Below, piece after piece: positions 1 through 11,100 of a stretch of DNA of 64,000 nt. Both the position numbers and the translations under genes were made by a program. This stretch comes from Callorhinchus milii (taxonomy: Eukaryota). Under the pieces are notes generated by a model. The model was not told the origin of the DNA. It saw only the letters and a program-made list of their open reading frames with translations, and did not search any database. The DNA is taken from NCBI RefSeq assembly GCF_018977255.1, contig NW_024704743.1, positions 54,810,001-54,874,000 on the forward strand. The letters are read 5' to 3'. The first letter of the stretch is position 1, and each line of letters starts with the position of its first letter.

Positions 1-1008
1 ACCTTTAAAACTGTACCAATTAGTGTATATTGCCTCTCCACATTCTTCCTCACATCACACTTCTCTGCATTAAACTTCACCTGCCATGTGTCTGCCCATT
101 TTACCAGTTATCGATGTCCTCCTGCAGTCTGCTACCATCCTCCTCACTGTTTACTACATTTCGAGGTTTTGTGTCATTTACAAACTTTAGAACATTGCTC
201 TCTATACTCAAGTACTATATTTTTCCCTAATTCCATGACCACCAAAAATTATCCATACATTTTTGATCAACAGTAACATAAAGGATTTTATTATTAGTCG
301 TGTCATTGCTGAGAGCATTCCACACCCATCAATTCCTTTACCAAACAGCAGACATAAAAAACAGACGATCCTTTATTCACCTTATCTAACCTATCACGAT
401 GATCAAAAGATGAATGAGAGATCCTCTGATGGCCTCGCTACTGGAACCGCGTTAAGTCCTGTGCAATAATAAGCCGTTTAGGACACAAGGTCACAGGTTT
501 ATTTCCCGGATTGTGCTGAGTTATCTGATTTGAATTAAAATGCTTAGTCTCTCCGGTCGAGGAGGGGAGCAAGAGAAAGTTGAGGGTGGGGAAATTCTGC
601 AAAATTTTACACTTCTAACAACCCCGCTGGAAACACGCGCGCGGACTCAAGAGGAACCAAGCTTGGCCAATACCCGCTGTCACTGGCTACCCAAGTTCCC
701 GCATGAAGGAACAGTGTGGAGAAACCGGAGCGCACCCAACCCACCAAACTTTGGGCAAGGAGTCATCATCCCCTCAGAGAGAGGGGATTGATGAGGCCCG
801 AGGAGGGAGGGTGGGCCGTGAGGAGAAGGGGATTTACTTTCTTCAATGTTTAGCTTCAATAAATTTTTTTTAAAAATGAATGAATGAAATCTCACAATGA
901 CGGGAGGCGGTGGTGGCGGTGGGGGGGGGGGTGGGGGTGGGGGGGCGGTGGTGGGGGTGGTGGGTGGTGGCGGTGGGGGGGGAGGCGGTGGTGGCGGTGG
1001 GGGGGGGG
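1..1008 (-). repeat. Left arm of a long inverted repeat (truncated by the window edge)
   Basis: Reverse complement of ~2804-3820 with only scattered SNPs and 1-bp indels. ORFs 30..230(+) and 3592..3792(-) are near-identical mirror copies. Confidence 0.95.
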
Positions 1009-1033
1009 NNNNNNNNNNNNNNNNNNNNNNNNN
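1009..1033. other. Assembly gap (25 N)
   Basis: Run of 25 n inside a G-rich tract at the inner end of the left arm. Confidence 0.99.
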
Positions 1034-1280
1034 GGTGGGGGGGGTTTGCAGTAACCACAGCACCTGACAGTGACAGATCCCAGACACAGCGTTGTGCGAT
1101 GTTGCCGCTGATGCCTCATTTTCTTTTTAAAAAATTGAATCCTGCGAAAACGTTGCGTGGTCCCGAACCCCCCACCGCGAAAGCTTTTTTTTCAAAATCC
1201 CCCCCCCCACGGTTTCAAAGAGCAACGGCCTAAATGGACCGCTCCCGCTGCCCCTCTTTGCCCACAGGGAGCCACGTACG

Positions 1281-1378
1281 GTGCCGGGCTGGTGCCGGGC
1301 TGGTGCTGGGCTGGTGCTGGGCTGGGCTGGTGCCGGGCTGGTGCTGGGCTGGTGCTGGGCTGGGCTGGTGCCGGGCTG
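1281..1378 (+). repeat. GC-rich tandem repeat (GGTGCYGGGCT)n
   Basis: Roughly 8 imperfect 11-bp units gtgccgggctg / gtgctgggctg. Confidence 0.85.
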
Positions 1379-1657
1379 CACCCCCGCGGCGGTCATCCCC
1401 GACAGCTGTCAGGCTGTCAGGGCCCCGCGGAGGGCCGGAGGGCCGGAGGGCGGGAGGGAGATGGCGGCTGCTGTCACCGCGGCTCTGACTGGCGGGGGCG
1501 CGGCTCACGGACAAAAGGCAAAGCGGCGTCGCTGCCCTCTCGCCCCCGAGCCCGAGCCCCGGGGCCGTCTCCCTCACACACACACACACACACAGGGCGG
1601 CCGCGGGGCCTCTCCCCGCCCGGGGCCGCGCTCTCTCTCTCTCTCTCTCTCTCTCAC

Positions 1658-1669
1658 CTCTTTGCTCAT
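1658..1669 (-). CDS. SNX13: Candidate SNX13 coding exon 1 (MSKE, 12 nt, phase 0), inverted relative to exons 2-15
   Basis: Minus strand reads gggaacg ATG AGC AAA GAG | gtgaga, with A at -3 and a good donor. It has the 4-codon, E-ending, phase-0 form of human MLTE, lies in the CpG island, and is in frame with exon 2 (ASLSIW). Confidence 0.6.
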
Positions 1670-2049
1670 CGTTCCCACACGGACACGGTGGCTGTCAGGT
1701 CGCGGTGCCAACGGGTTTATCGCGAGCTCATGCCCGCGGCGGCCGGGGGGGGGTGGGGGTGGGGGGGTGAGCCCTCTCTCTCTCGCTCTCTCTCTCTCTC
1801 CCTGTTGTGACTGTGTGACGAGCCGCCGGGATCGCCGCCGCCGTTCCCACCCGTTACTCGGTCAGCAACAAAGCTCCCGCCGCCATCTTGACGGCAGACG
1901 TCGCTCCTGTCACTCAGGCCGCCGCGCGCTCCCCATTGGGCGAGGGAGGCCGAGGGGCGGAGCCTCGCCGGGAGCGCGCGCATCGCACCTCGGTTAGACG
2001 CGGGTGCGGACGGGAGATGGGCAGAAGGGTGACGGGAGGTAGGTGTGGG

Positions 2050-2800
2050 GTGAGGGAGGGGACAGGGGAGAGATGCAGAAAGAGAGATACAGTAGAAGAG
2101 AGGCAGAGTAGGATGACAGGGAGAGAGGGTGACAGGGAGTGAGAGAGAGTGCAGGAGTAAAGAGACAGATAGAAGAGGAAGGAGAGAGAGAGAGAGAGTG
2201 AGAGAGAGAGTGACAGGGAGTGAGAGAGAGAGTGACAGGGAGTGAGAGAGAGAGAGTGACAGGGAGTGAGAGAGAGAGTGACAGGGAGAGTGAGAGAGAG
2301 AGTGACAGGGAGTGAGAGAGAGAGAGAGTGACAGGGAGTGAGAGAGAGAGTGACAGGGAGAGTCGATGAGAGAGAGAGTGACAGGGAGTGAGAGAGAGAG
2401 AGTGACAGGGAGTGAGAGAGAGAGAGTGACAGGGAGTGAGAGAGAGAGTGACAGGGAGTGAGAGAGAGAGAGTGACAGGGAGTGAGAGAGAGAGTGACAG
2501 GAGAGAAAGAGTCGGAGTGAGAGAGAGAGTGACAGGGAGTGAGAGAGAGAGTCAGGGGAGAGAGAGAGTGACAGGGAGTGAGAGAGAGAGTGACAGGGAG
2601 AGAGAGAGAGTGATAGGGAGAGTGAGAGAGAGTGATAGGGAGAGTGAGAGAGTGATGGGGAGAGTGACAAGGAGTGAGAGAGAGAGTGACAGGGAGTGAG
2701 AGAGAGAGAGAGAGTGATAGGGAGAGTGACAGGGAGAGTGATAGGGAGAGTGACAGGGAGAGTGAAGAGAGAAGAGTGACAGGAGTGAAAAGATGACAGG
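2050..2800 (+). repeat. Purine-rich compound minisatellite GTGACAGGGAGT(GA)n
   Basis: About 750 bp of gtgacagggagtgagagagaga units with variable GA counts. Confidence 0.95.
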
Positions 2801-2803
2801 GAG

Positions 2804-3820
2804 CCCCCCCCCCCCCGCCACCACGCCTCCCCCCCCACGCCACCACCCCACCACCCCCCCACCACCGCCCCCCCCCACCCCCCCCACCCCCCCCCCCCAC
2901 CGCCACCACCGCCTCCCGTCATTGTGGAGATTTCATTCATTCATTTTTAAAAAAAATTTATTGAAGCTAAACATTGAAGAAAGTAAATCCCCTTCTCCTC
3001 ACGGCCCACCCTCCCTCCTCGGGCCTCATCATCCCCTCTCTCTGAGGGGATGATGACTCCTTGCCCAAAGTTTGGTGGGTTGGGTGCGCTCCGGTTTCTC
3101 CACACTGTTCCTTCATGCGGGAACTTGGGTAGCCAGTGACAGCGGGGTATTGGCCAAGCTTGGTTCCTCTTGAGTCCGCGCGCGTGTTTCCAGCGGGGTT
3201 GTTAGAAGTGTAAAATTTTGCAGAATTTCCCCACCCTCAACTTTCTCTTGCTCCCCTCCTCGACCGGAGAGACTAAGCATTTTAATTCAAATCAGATAAC
3301 TCAGCACAATCCGGGAAATAAACCTGTGACCTTGTGTCCTAAACGGCTTATTATTGCACAGGACTTAACGCGGTTCCAGTAGCGAGGCCATCAGAGGATC
3401 TCTCATTCATCTTTTGATCATCGTGATAGGTTTAGATAAGGTGAATAAAGGATCGTCTTGTTTTTTATGTCTGCTGTTTGGTAAAGGAATTGATGGCTGT
3501 GGAATGCTCTCAGCAATGACACGACTAATAATAAAATCCTTTATGTTACTGTTGATCAAAAATGTATGGATAATTTTTGGTGGTCATGGAATTAGGGAAA
3601 AATATAGTACTTGAGTATAGAGAGCAATGTTCTAAAGTTTGTAAATGACACAAAACCTCGAAATGTAGTAAACAGTGAGGAGGATGGTAGCAGACTGCAG
3701 GAGGACATCGATAACTGGTAAAATGGGCAGACACATGGCAGGTGAAGTTTAATGCAGAGAAGTGTGGTGTGAGGAAGAATGTGGAGAGGCAATATACACT
3801 AATTGGTACAGTTTTAAGGT
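2804..3820 (+). repeat. Right arm of the long inverted repeat
   Basis: Mirror of 1-1008; position 1 pairs with ~3820. Confidence 0.95.
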
Positions 3821-4520
3821 GGGTACAGGAGCAGAGAAACCCTGGGGTTCACATACACGGATCTTTGAAGGTGGCAGGACAGGTTGATAGAGCTGTTAAA
3901 AAAGCATTTGGGATCCTCGGCTTTTTGAAATAGAGGCATAGAGTACAAAAGCAAGGAATTCTGCTAAACCTTTGTAAGTCACTGGTTAGGCCTCTGCTGG
4001 AGTATTGTGTCCAATTCTGGGCACCACACTATAGGAAGGATACAAAGCCTTGGAGAGGACGCAGAGAATATTTACCAGAATGGTTCCCGGCATGAGGGAG
4101 TTATGTATAGAGAGGGAGAGAGTGAGAGAGATAGGGAGAGATAAAGAGGGAGAGAGAGAAGATTAAGGGATTAACAGAGGTGTTCAAAATTATGAGGGAT
4201 TTTGATAGAGCAGATAGGGAGAAACTGTTTCCATTGGCAGATAATTGGCAAAAGAACCGGAGGGTAGATGAGGAGAAGTTGTTTTTACAGAGAGAGTTGT
4301 TAAAGTCTGGAATGCACTGCCTGAAAGGGTGGCAGAAACAGATTCATTAACAACTTTCAAAAGGGAATTGGATAGATACTTGAAAAGGAAACATTTGCAA
4401 GGACATGGAGAAATAGCGGGGGAGTGAGACTGATTGGGTTGCTCTTCCAAACAGCCGGCATTACAGCAAGATGGGCCGAATGTCCTCCTTCTGTGCTGTA
4501 ATATTCTATGATTCTCTGAT
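3600..4520 (+). mobile_element. CR1-clade LINE, 5'-truncated and degenerate
   Basis: RT C-terminal remnants (SRLQEDID, WQVKFNAEKC, VAGQVDRAVKKAFGILGF, CVQFWAPHYRKD) and a CR1-type attctatgattct tail. Confidence 0.9.
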
Positions 4521-6444
4521 TTGTTTATTAAGATTCCTTCATTAAAATGGTTCATATAAGTGTATTTAAGAAGTCAGAATGGAGTTGTAATTCTGTGAAT
4601 GGAACTGTTTTTGGAAAATGCTGTGAATTGCAATGTCAGTATAGCAGCACGACTGTGGTATGGAATGGTCAGGTTGTTTGTTTTTGCAGAATAACCAGTG
4701 GGCAATTTACTTCACTCGCCCCCACCCCCCCATTTCATATTCATTTGTAGGTGCAACAGCAATCCAATTAGACACTTCCACCTTTCAGTTGGACCTTGAT
4801 TTAACCTCTGAGGCCCCAGTGGTGAAATGCCTGCTGTGTAATCCATAATGCCCTCACTCTGTTATCTGAAATGGCCCCATGGACTGAGTGTATCTTTCTG
4901 TAAAGGAAATGTGCTTTTGTTCAGAGGCAGCTAGTTCGTGTCTGGAGAAGTGAAAATCAGCTCATGTGACATGAGGATCCAGTATTCGGCATTAAGTCTG
5001 AGTTGCAATTTAACCTGGATTTACAAACACAATGGAGGAGTTATTCAGTTGATGAGAATTCCTTTAGAAGTTGGGTCTATTTACTGAAAAGAATTGGGTG
5101 TTGCACTGTTCCCTGATGGGTCTATTTAAATTGATTTGAGGGATTGTGTTGTCTTTAATTGTCAACAGAAGTATAAAGTAAAAATGGATAAAGATCTTTG
5201 TGTATCCAGTATCTTCCTAATGCTGCTCTAAGGAGCATCCAGGGAAAATACCAAGCAGGATTCATCCAATGGATCGAACTCGACTCATGGATAATATTGA
5301 AGAATCCCTTTGGAATGGTTGCTGCTGATGAAACCTGACTAATATGGGTGGATTTTAAAATCACAATGTAATAGGGAGATAGAAGGCACAGTCAAGAGAA
5401 GAGGGTTGACATTTTTGAGTATGAGAGAGTGGATAGCCTTTGTACAAGTGTCAGGAGTGGATTTGGTTTCTTTAATGTTAAAGTGTCTTCACTTTATACT
5501 TGTATCCTCATTTCTTGGAGCTCTCCCAAGTGTAATACTATAGCCTTTTCTAAAAATAGAAGTTATGATTATATTTTAGCAGCAGCTTGCCTGCATATAT
5601 AAAAGAAAATATAGGCATTGGGTAAAGTGATGATGAGTAAGTTCATGATAAGCTGACAATTGCAGACTGTCCCTTAAATCAAATGTTTGCTCTCTCACCT
5701 ATTTAAATAGGGTTCCCATGAGGAAACAGTGCAAAGCCTAGTTCATTTTAGTCAACAATATAAGGACAGTTGGACCAATTCAGGGGAGAGACTTTTTATA
5801 TAGAAACCAGCTGGAGTGTTGAGGAGTTGTGCTTTGGCTTGTCTCTGTGCTTGTAAGAATAGGCATTATTAAAGTAGAGCAGATGTTTAGCTTCAGAAGT
5901 GAGGAGAATCAAATTCCTATTCTGGCATTCTGTAGACAGTAACACTTCTGAAGATCTAGAGGCCTATGTAGAGATCTGAGGTCTCAATTTCACTGTTCCA
6001 TTTAGTCCTGCAGAGCCTTTGTTTTTGCTGGAGGCATAGGTGATAATCTTCCCGAATAGATTGATTCTTTCCCATGGGAAGGTCGGTCATATCGCAAGAA
6101 TGCAATTAATTTGCAGAAAATGAGTAAAACATTCCCAGACAAAAGAGGAACTGTGGACTTCTGAAGAGAGAGAAAAATTATGCTAAGATGGATGATTTAC
6201 CCAGTTCTGTTGGAACTTTTCATACTCCCAAGGGAGGCAGCTTGGTCTCCTGGAGGAAGGCAGTATCTGTCTTTTCCTCCTCTTGAAAAAGGGAAAGATG
6301 TTTTTGACTCCCTTTTTTTCTACTACAGTAGAGCGAATCATTCACCAAAAATGTTTTCAGTGGGAGTTTTACTGTTGCTGTAAAACCACATTATGTCAAC
6401 CTTCTCTCTTTATAGTATTTTCTCTCCTTTCTGACATTCAATGT

Positions 6445-6830
6445 CAATCAGGTCAGTTGGTAGGACTTAAGTCTTGGAGTCAGAATGTTTTAGGTTCCAG
6501 CCCCATGTCCAGAGTTGAACTCCTACCAGTTGATACTCCAGTGCAGTGCTTGGGGGATGTTGTGTTGCTGTCCTTCAAATGAGACATTAAATTGATGTTC
6601 CGTTTACCTGTTCAGATGGATGTTAAAGATCCTGTGGCTTTATTTTGAAAAAAGAGAAGGGAGTTTTTCCCGGTATCCTGTCCAATCAATCCCCAATCAA
6701 AATTATTAATTCACTTCATGGCTGTTTAACAGAAGGATAGCCAACGCATATTGGCTGCCAAGTTACCTACATACAAAATACAGTTGCTGCACTTCACAGG
6801 AAAATCCTGTGAAGTGTTTTGAAGTAATAA
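6445..6830 (+). mobile_element. Degenerate Deu-type tRNA-derived SINE
   Basis: Decayed A/B-box head followed by the gagacattaaa...cctgttcagatggatgttaaagatcc core shared with other copies in the window. Confidence 0.7.
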
Positions 6831-6834
6831 TAGT

Positions 6835-7080
6835 ACTAATAATCCTTGCATTCGATATAATGTAGTATCACTTCATGGGCACGTCTCAAAGCCCTTCATG
6901 GGATATACTGTAAAGTGGATTGACTGTGCATTTTGTAGGTGAAACACAGCAACCAGTTTCATGGAACGAGTGACCAATTTTATTTCGGGGATTTGTTGGC
7001 CTGGACAGTGGAAGAAACCACATTCTCTTTTCAAATAGTGCCATGGGATGTTTAATGTCCACGTGAACAGGCAGACAGGA
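6835..7080 (-). mobile_element. SINE fragment, antisense
   Basis: taataatccttgcatt tail plus gtgccatgggatgtttaatgtccacgtgaacaggcagac core. Confidence 0.75.
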
Positions 7081-7082
7081 AA

Positions 7083-8170
7083 ACAACAACAACAGCAAAA
7101 TTGCATTTTTAAAGTGCCTTTCCATTGGGAGGATGTCTGAACAGTCAGGGATTCAGGACCCGAGTGTGAGGGGCAGGGTTGGGATGAGGAATGGCAGAGG
7201 GGTTAGGAGGGCGGCCGAAGGCATGGTCAAAAAGGCCTTGAAGGAGGCAAGAGAGGGAGCAAGACGAAGCGATTATAGGATGGAATTCCAAATAGTGGGT
7301 GCAGAGAGGCTGAAAGCCGCCAATGGTAGGGCGGGTCGGGCGGGAAACCTGGAGCAGGCCGGAGCCTTCTGAGTGGAGGGAGAGGACAGGCTGATAGGGA
7401 GTCAGCAGGTCAGAGATGTAGGAGGGGGCAAGGCTGTGGAGGGCCTTGAAAGTGAAAATGAGGATTTTGAATTCTATCCTCTGAGGGATGGGGAACCAGT
7501 GGAGCTGGGCTGAGGGTGGGGGTGATGGGATCACTGAGTCTGGTGCCAGAGAGGACACAAGCTGCAGAGTTTTGGATAATCTGCAGCTTGTGGAGGGAAG
7601 AGTTGGGGAGACCGATAAGGAGGGAGTTTCCATAGTCGAGCCTTGAGGTGACAAATGCGTGTATGAGGGTTTCAGCATCCTGACGGGTGAGGCAGTAGCG
7701 AAGTCTGGCAATGTTGCGGAGATGGGGAAGGCAGATCGGGTTATGACACGGATATGGATAAGAAAGGACAGTTGAGGGTCGAAAAAGATGCCCAGGTTCC
7801 TAGCTGGCTTGGTGAGCTGGAGTGTGCAACCGTGGATGCTGATGCTGCTGGTGCCTGAGGTGTGGAGGCGCTGGCGGGAGTCAATCAGGAGGGCCTCAGT
7901 CTTGCTGACATTCAGCTGTAGAAAGTTGGCTGTCATCCAAAACTTGATGTCAGACTCTGTCAGAACGTAGTTGTCCTGGAATCGAGGGTGGAGACAGAGA
8001 GCTGGAGTTGGTTGTCATCCGCGTACATGTGGAAGTTGACTCCATGTGAGCAGCACGGAAACCCGATTGGAGGGACTTGTGAAAGGAGTGGCAGTAGAGG
8101 AAGGAGCGAAGCTGGGAAGCAATGACTTTTTTGCATATACTTGCGTTTTGGAGACTGATATGGATAAGTG
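7083..8170 (-). mobile_element. L2-clade LINE 3' fragment
   Basis: ORF 7145..7936 carries NFLQLNVSKTEALL, ARNLGIFFDPQLSF and QLHWFPIPQRIEFKIL. The RT motif FHMYADD lies near 8020, and there is a (TTG)n tail. Confidence 0.92.
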
Positions 8171-11100
8171 GACATGAGGTAGTTGGTGTGCTTTTGACTA
8201 TACTTGAAATGAGCCTGTCATGGCACTTCACTAATGGAGCAAATGGGGTAGCAAGCTGTGACTGCAAGTGCAAGGTATTGTATTTTTTTAAAAAAAGAGC
8301 TTAGACATTTCATTCAAATAGCATTTTATAATTATACATTGAACTTTGTCCAAAAGGACAAACAGACCGGCTCAACCCTCATTTCTACTCCAATGAACAG
8401 TAAAACAGATGAACAACCCTCTGTAAATAATAATAAAAATAATCCTGCATTTGATATAGCGCCTTATCATGTCTTTGAGACGTTTCAAAGGGCTTCACAG
8501 AATATACTGTAAAGTGAATTGACTATATTTTGTGGGTGAAATAATATTGATAAATAGAGCCTCAAAACAAGAATGAAAACTGGTGGTTAAAGATCTTTTA
8601 GCAATTAAAGATTTGGTTTTGGCAAAGTGTTTGTCCTTATGGAGCAGCAGCATGCAGACAATTTCAATAAATCTCTCTGTAAATTACCTTTTCAGTTGCC
8701 ACAGAACAGGCCCCATTTCATCACTGGGTCTGCTTATGCCCCATGGAGGACCAGTATGAGGTTGTATGGGTAGTGAATCAGCTGCCCTGATGATTCCCAG
8801 GAGGTGAAAGTAGTAAGGCAGTGGGATTCAGTTTACTTGACTTTCAATCTGGCAGAACGTAGAATTGAGTATCAGATATTCTTTTGCCGCACCGCTTCTC
8901 CAAAGACATTTAGAATTCCATCAGTTGGTGGCTCTTCATTATTTCGGGTCATTATCTCTTGGACTTTATTTATCAGAGTCCCTCTGACTCCCTCCACCAT
9001 CTCATTCAAGTTGACTTAAGTATGTACTTCTTTGACCATTCTTTTTTGTTTAGCGCTTTGAGATATCCTCTTGATGTGAACAGCACTATGCAATACATTA
9101 TTACAATGTAATACGTGTGTTACATTGATTTCCTCTCCCAAGTAATTTTACTTTGCTTGTGAAGGTTTTTGTTTGTTGTCTTGTTAGAAAATAAACTGGA
9201 TGAGCCATGTGAGCCTGCGTTAGCACCCAGAGTTTGGTTACAGAACCAAACAAGTTGTTGTACAGAAAGGGATTATGGTCTGATACTGGGTGCTCTTCAA
9301 TACTCCTGGAAAACCATACAGTGTGTTGGGATAGACTGACCAGGTTATCACCCTTAACCAAACTGTTCTGTTCATGAAGCCCTTTGATTTCTGCAGTGAT
9401 TGCAGGTTGATGTCCTAGTAGTCTGAGGAAAATATTCTTCAGATGAACATGATTGTACTGCCTTGGATGCATATGTTGCTGTTGATGGTGCTGGCATAAA
9501 ATTCAAAGGGTGTTTGTGAGTTTTGTTTCATCTTTACTGATGGGCATGTTGAAAACTTAATGAGAGAGCAACCTTTTTAGTTTAGGCCGGACTAGGTCAT
9601 GTTTTGCACCAAACAAATGCCAAGCTAACTCCAAAATTAAAAAAAAATAGACTGGGTGTGCCATGAATGTAGGCCCAGAGATTCATAGAACCAGCAATAA
9701 AGCAATGTGAATACAAATCGTCCCACAGAGAAATTGTTTTTCCTGATCTTTGATAATAGTGGGAGTGCCTATTATTACAGAGAAGGTGAGGCTGGACAGG
9801 TTGTAAGGTGGTGCAGGGGTACATTTTTATTCAGAACTCTCAATTGGAGCATACACTAATTGAATAGGATCACAAGGTTTTCATTCAGTTAAGAGGAGCA
9901 AACAATTGCACTTGTAGAGCTTCAGATGTTGCATAAATGGGGTTTCTTACAAGAATGATCCGATTTTTATTTTGTTTAGAAGCGTGTGTTCAAAGTACAG
10001 GTTATAAATTGTACATCTAATTGATTTGGTTCACAGTAAACTAGTTTAATCTTATTTTGTTAATGGCAAGGGAAATCAAAGTATTCTCATGGTGAACACT
10101 GTGAGGTTTTAGATAATTACTGCAATGAGCTACCTGGTAATTACAACTTCCCAGTCAAAGCAATGTCAGTGTACAATGTTACCTCACAGCAAAGCATGTG
10201 GCTGTTATTCCCACAAAGTTTACTGATGTTGGTTATATTGTCAATAATGCCTCTACTCAACGGATTTCAATTAGGGTAAGAGGAATTTTAAAAAAAAGTT
10301 CAGCACTAACTCTTCCATAGTACCTTTCACGGAGGGTAACATCTCAAAAGTGCTGCACAGAGACATTACTGGACATCTTCTTGGGGGAGGTATGGGTGGG
10401 GGGGAAGAGGAGATAGTAGAAATGGTCAAAGAAGTAGGTTTTCAGGAGGCTTTTAAAGACTGCAAGTGGGGCAAAGCAGTGGGATTTCAGGAGAGTTGTG
10501 GGGGGTAGGAGCATTGTGGCTGAATGTTCTACTGTGGTAGGGTGGAGAGAGTGAAAGAGACTCAAGTCTAGTTAACCAAGTGAGAGGCTATGTAGTGCTG
10601 TAAACCAGTGGTACCTGCCGAGAATGGGAGTGACGGGTAAATGATGCAGGTAAGGATACAAGTGGCTAAATTTTGGACTTGTTGCAAAGTAGAGTGGGAA
10701 GCTGGCTAGGAGGATATTGAAGACATTTAGTCTGGAGATGGCAAAGCTGTCAGCTGTGTTGGTTGCATTTGGTGTAACCAGGTTGCTCGTCTGAAATGGG
10801 GAAAGAGTTGGGAAATGTGGTGAAGGTGGAGAAAAGCATTAGTTGAATTGTAAACATTACAATTCAGTTGTGCCTCGGTATGTTTTAACTAGATTTTGGC
10901 TTTGTACTGTTATATTTCTTTGACATCACTGAATGCTTATTGCCATTTGTTAACTGAGAAGAGCATTTTTNAAATGCTTAACAGTTACACAACAGTGCAT
11001 TTCAGTACTTCATGGTAATTTAAGTGTGTAATGCACTTATACCAACAGAATTAAATCCTATGTCGATTGATTTTTGTTTTGAATGCCATCAGGTTTTAAG

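Larger units (their letters stand above)
1150..2040 (-). promoter_or_regulatory. CpG-island promoter, apparently directed to the minus strand
   Basis: The only CpG-dense region in the window. In minus-strand order it has an NRF1-like ATGCGCGCGC (1974-1983), a GC box (1954-1962), CCAAT (1935-1939), a YY1 motif CAAGATGGCGGCG (1878-1890), then the candidate exon-1 ATG and donor. Confidence 0.8.

Noticed and set aside
2017..2028. Plus-strand 12-nt alternative exon 1, ATG GGC AGA AGG|gtgacg (MGRR)
   Set aside because: Length and phase fit, but the donor is weak, it does not resemble MLTE, and the promoter motifs are ordered for the minus strand. Disfavoured, not fully excluded.
2050..2800. CRISPR-like repeat-spacer array
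   Set aside because: The spacers are only (GA)n, the context is vertebrate, and there are no cas genes; it is a minisatellite.
680..3053. Long overlapping ORFs (up to 407 aa) rich in Pro, Gly, Ser-Leu and Arg-Glu
   Set aside because: They result from GC-rich, poly-G/C and GA-repeat sequence that lacks stop codons; no recognisable protein.
7145..7936. 263-aa ORF, and likewise 41016-41585, as a functional reverse transcriptase gene
   Set aside because: Truncated, frameshifted L2 or CR1 fragments without an endonuclease or a complete RT.
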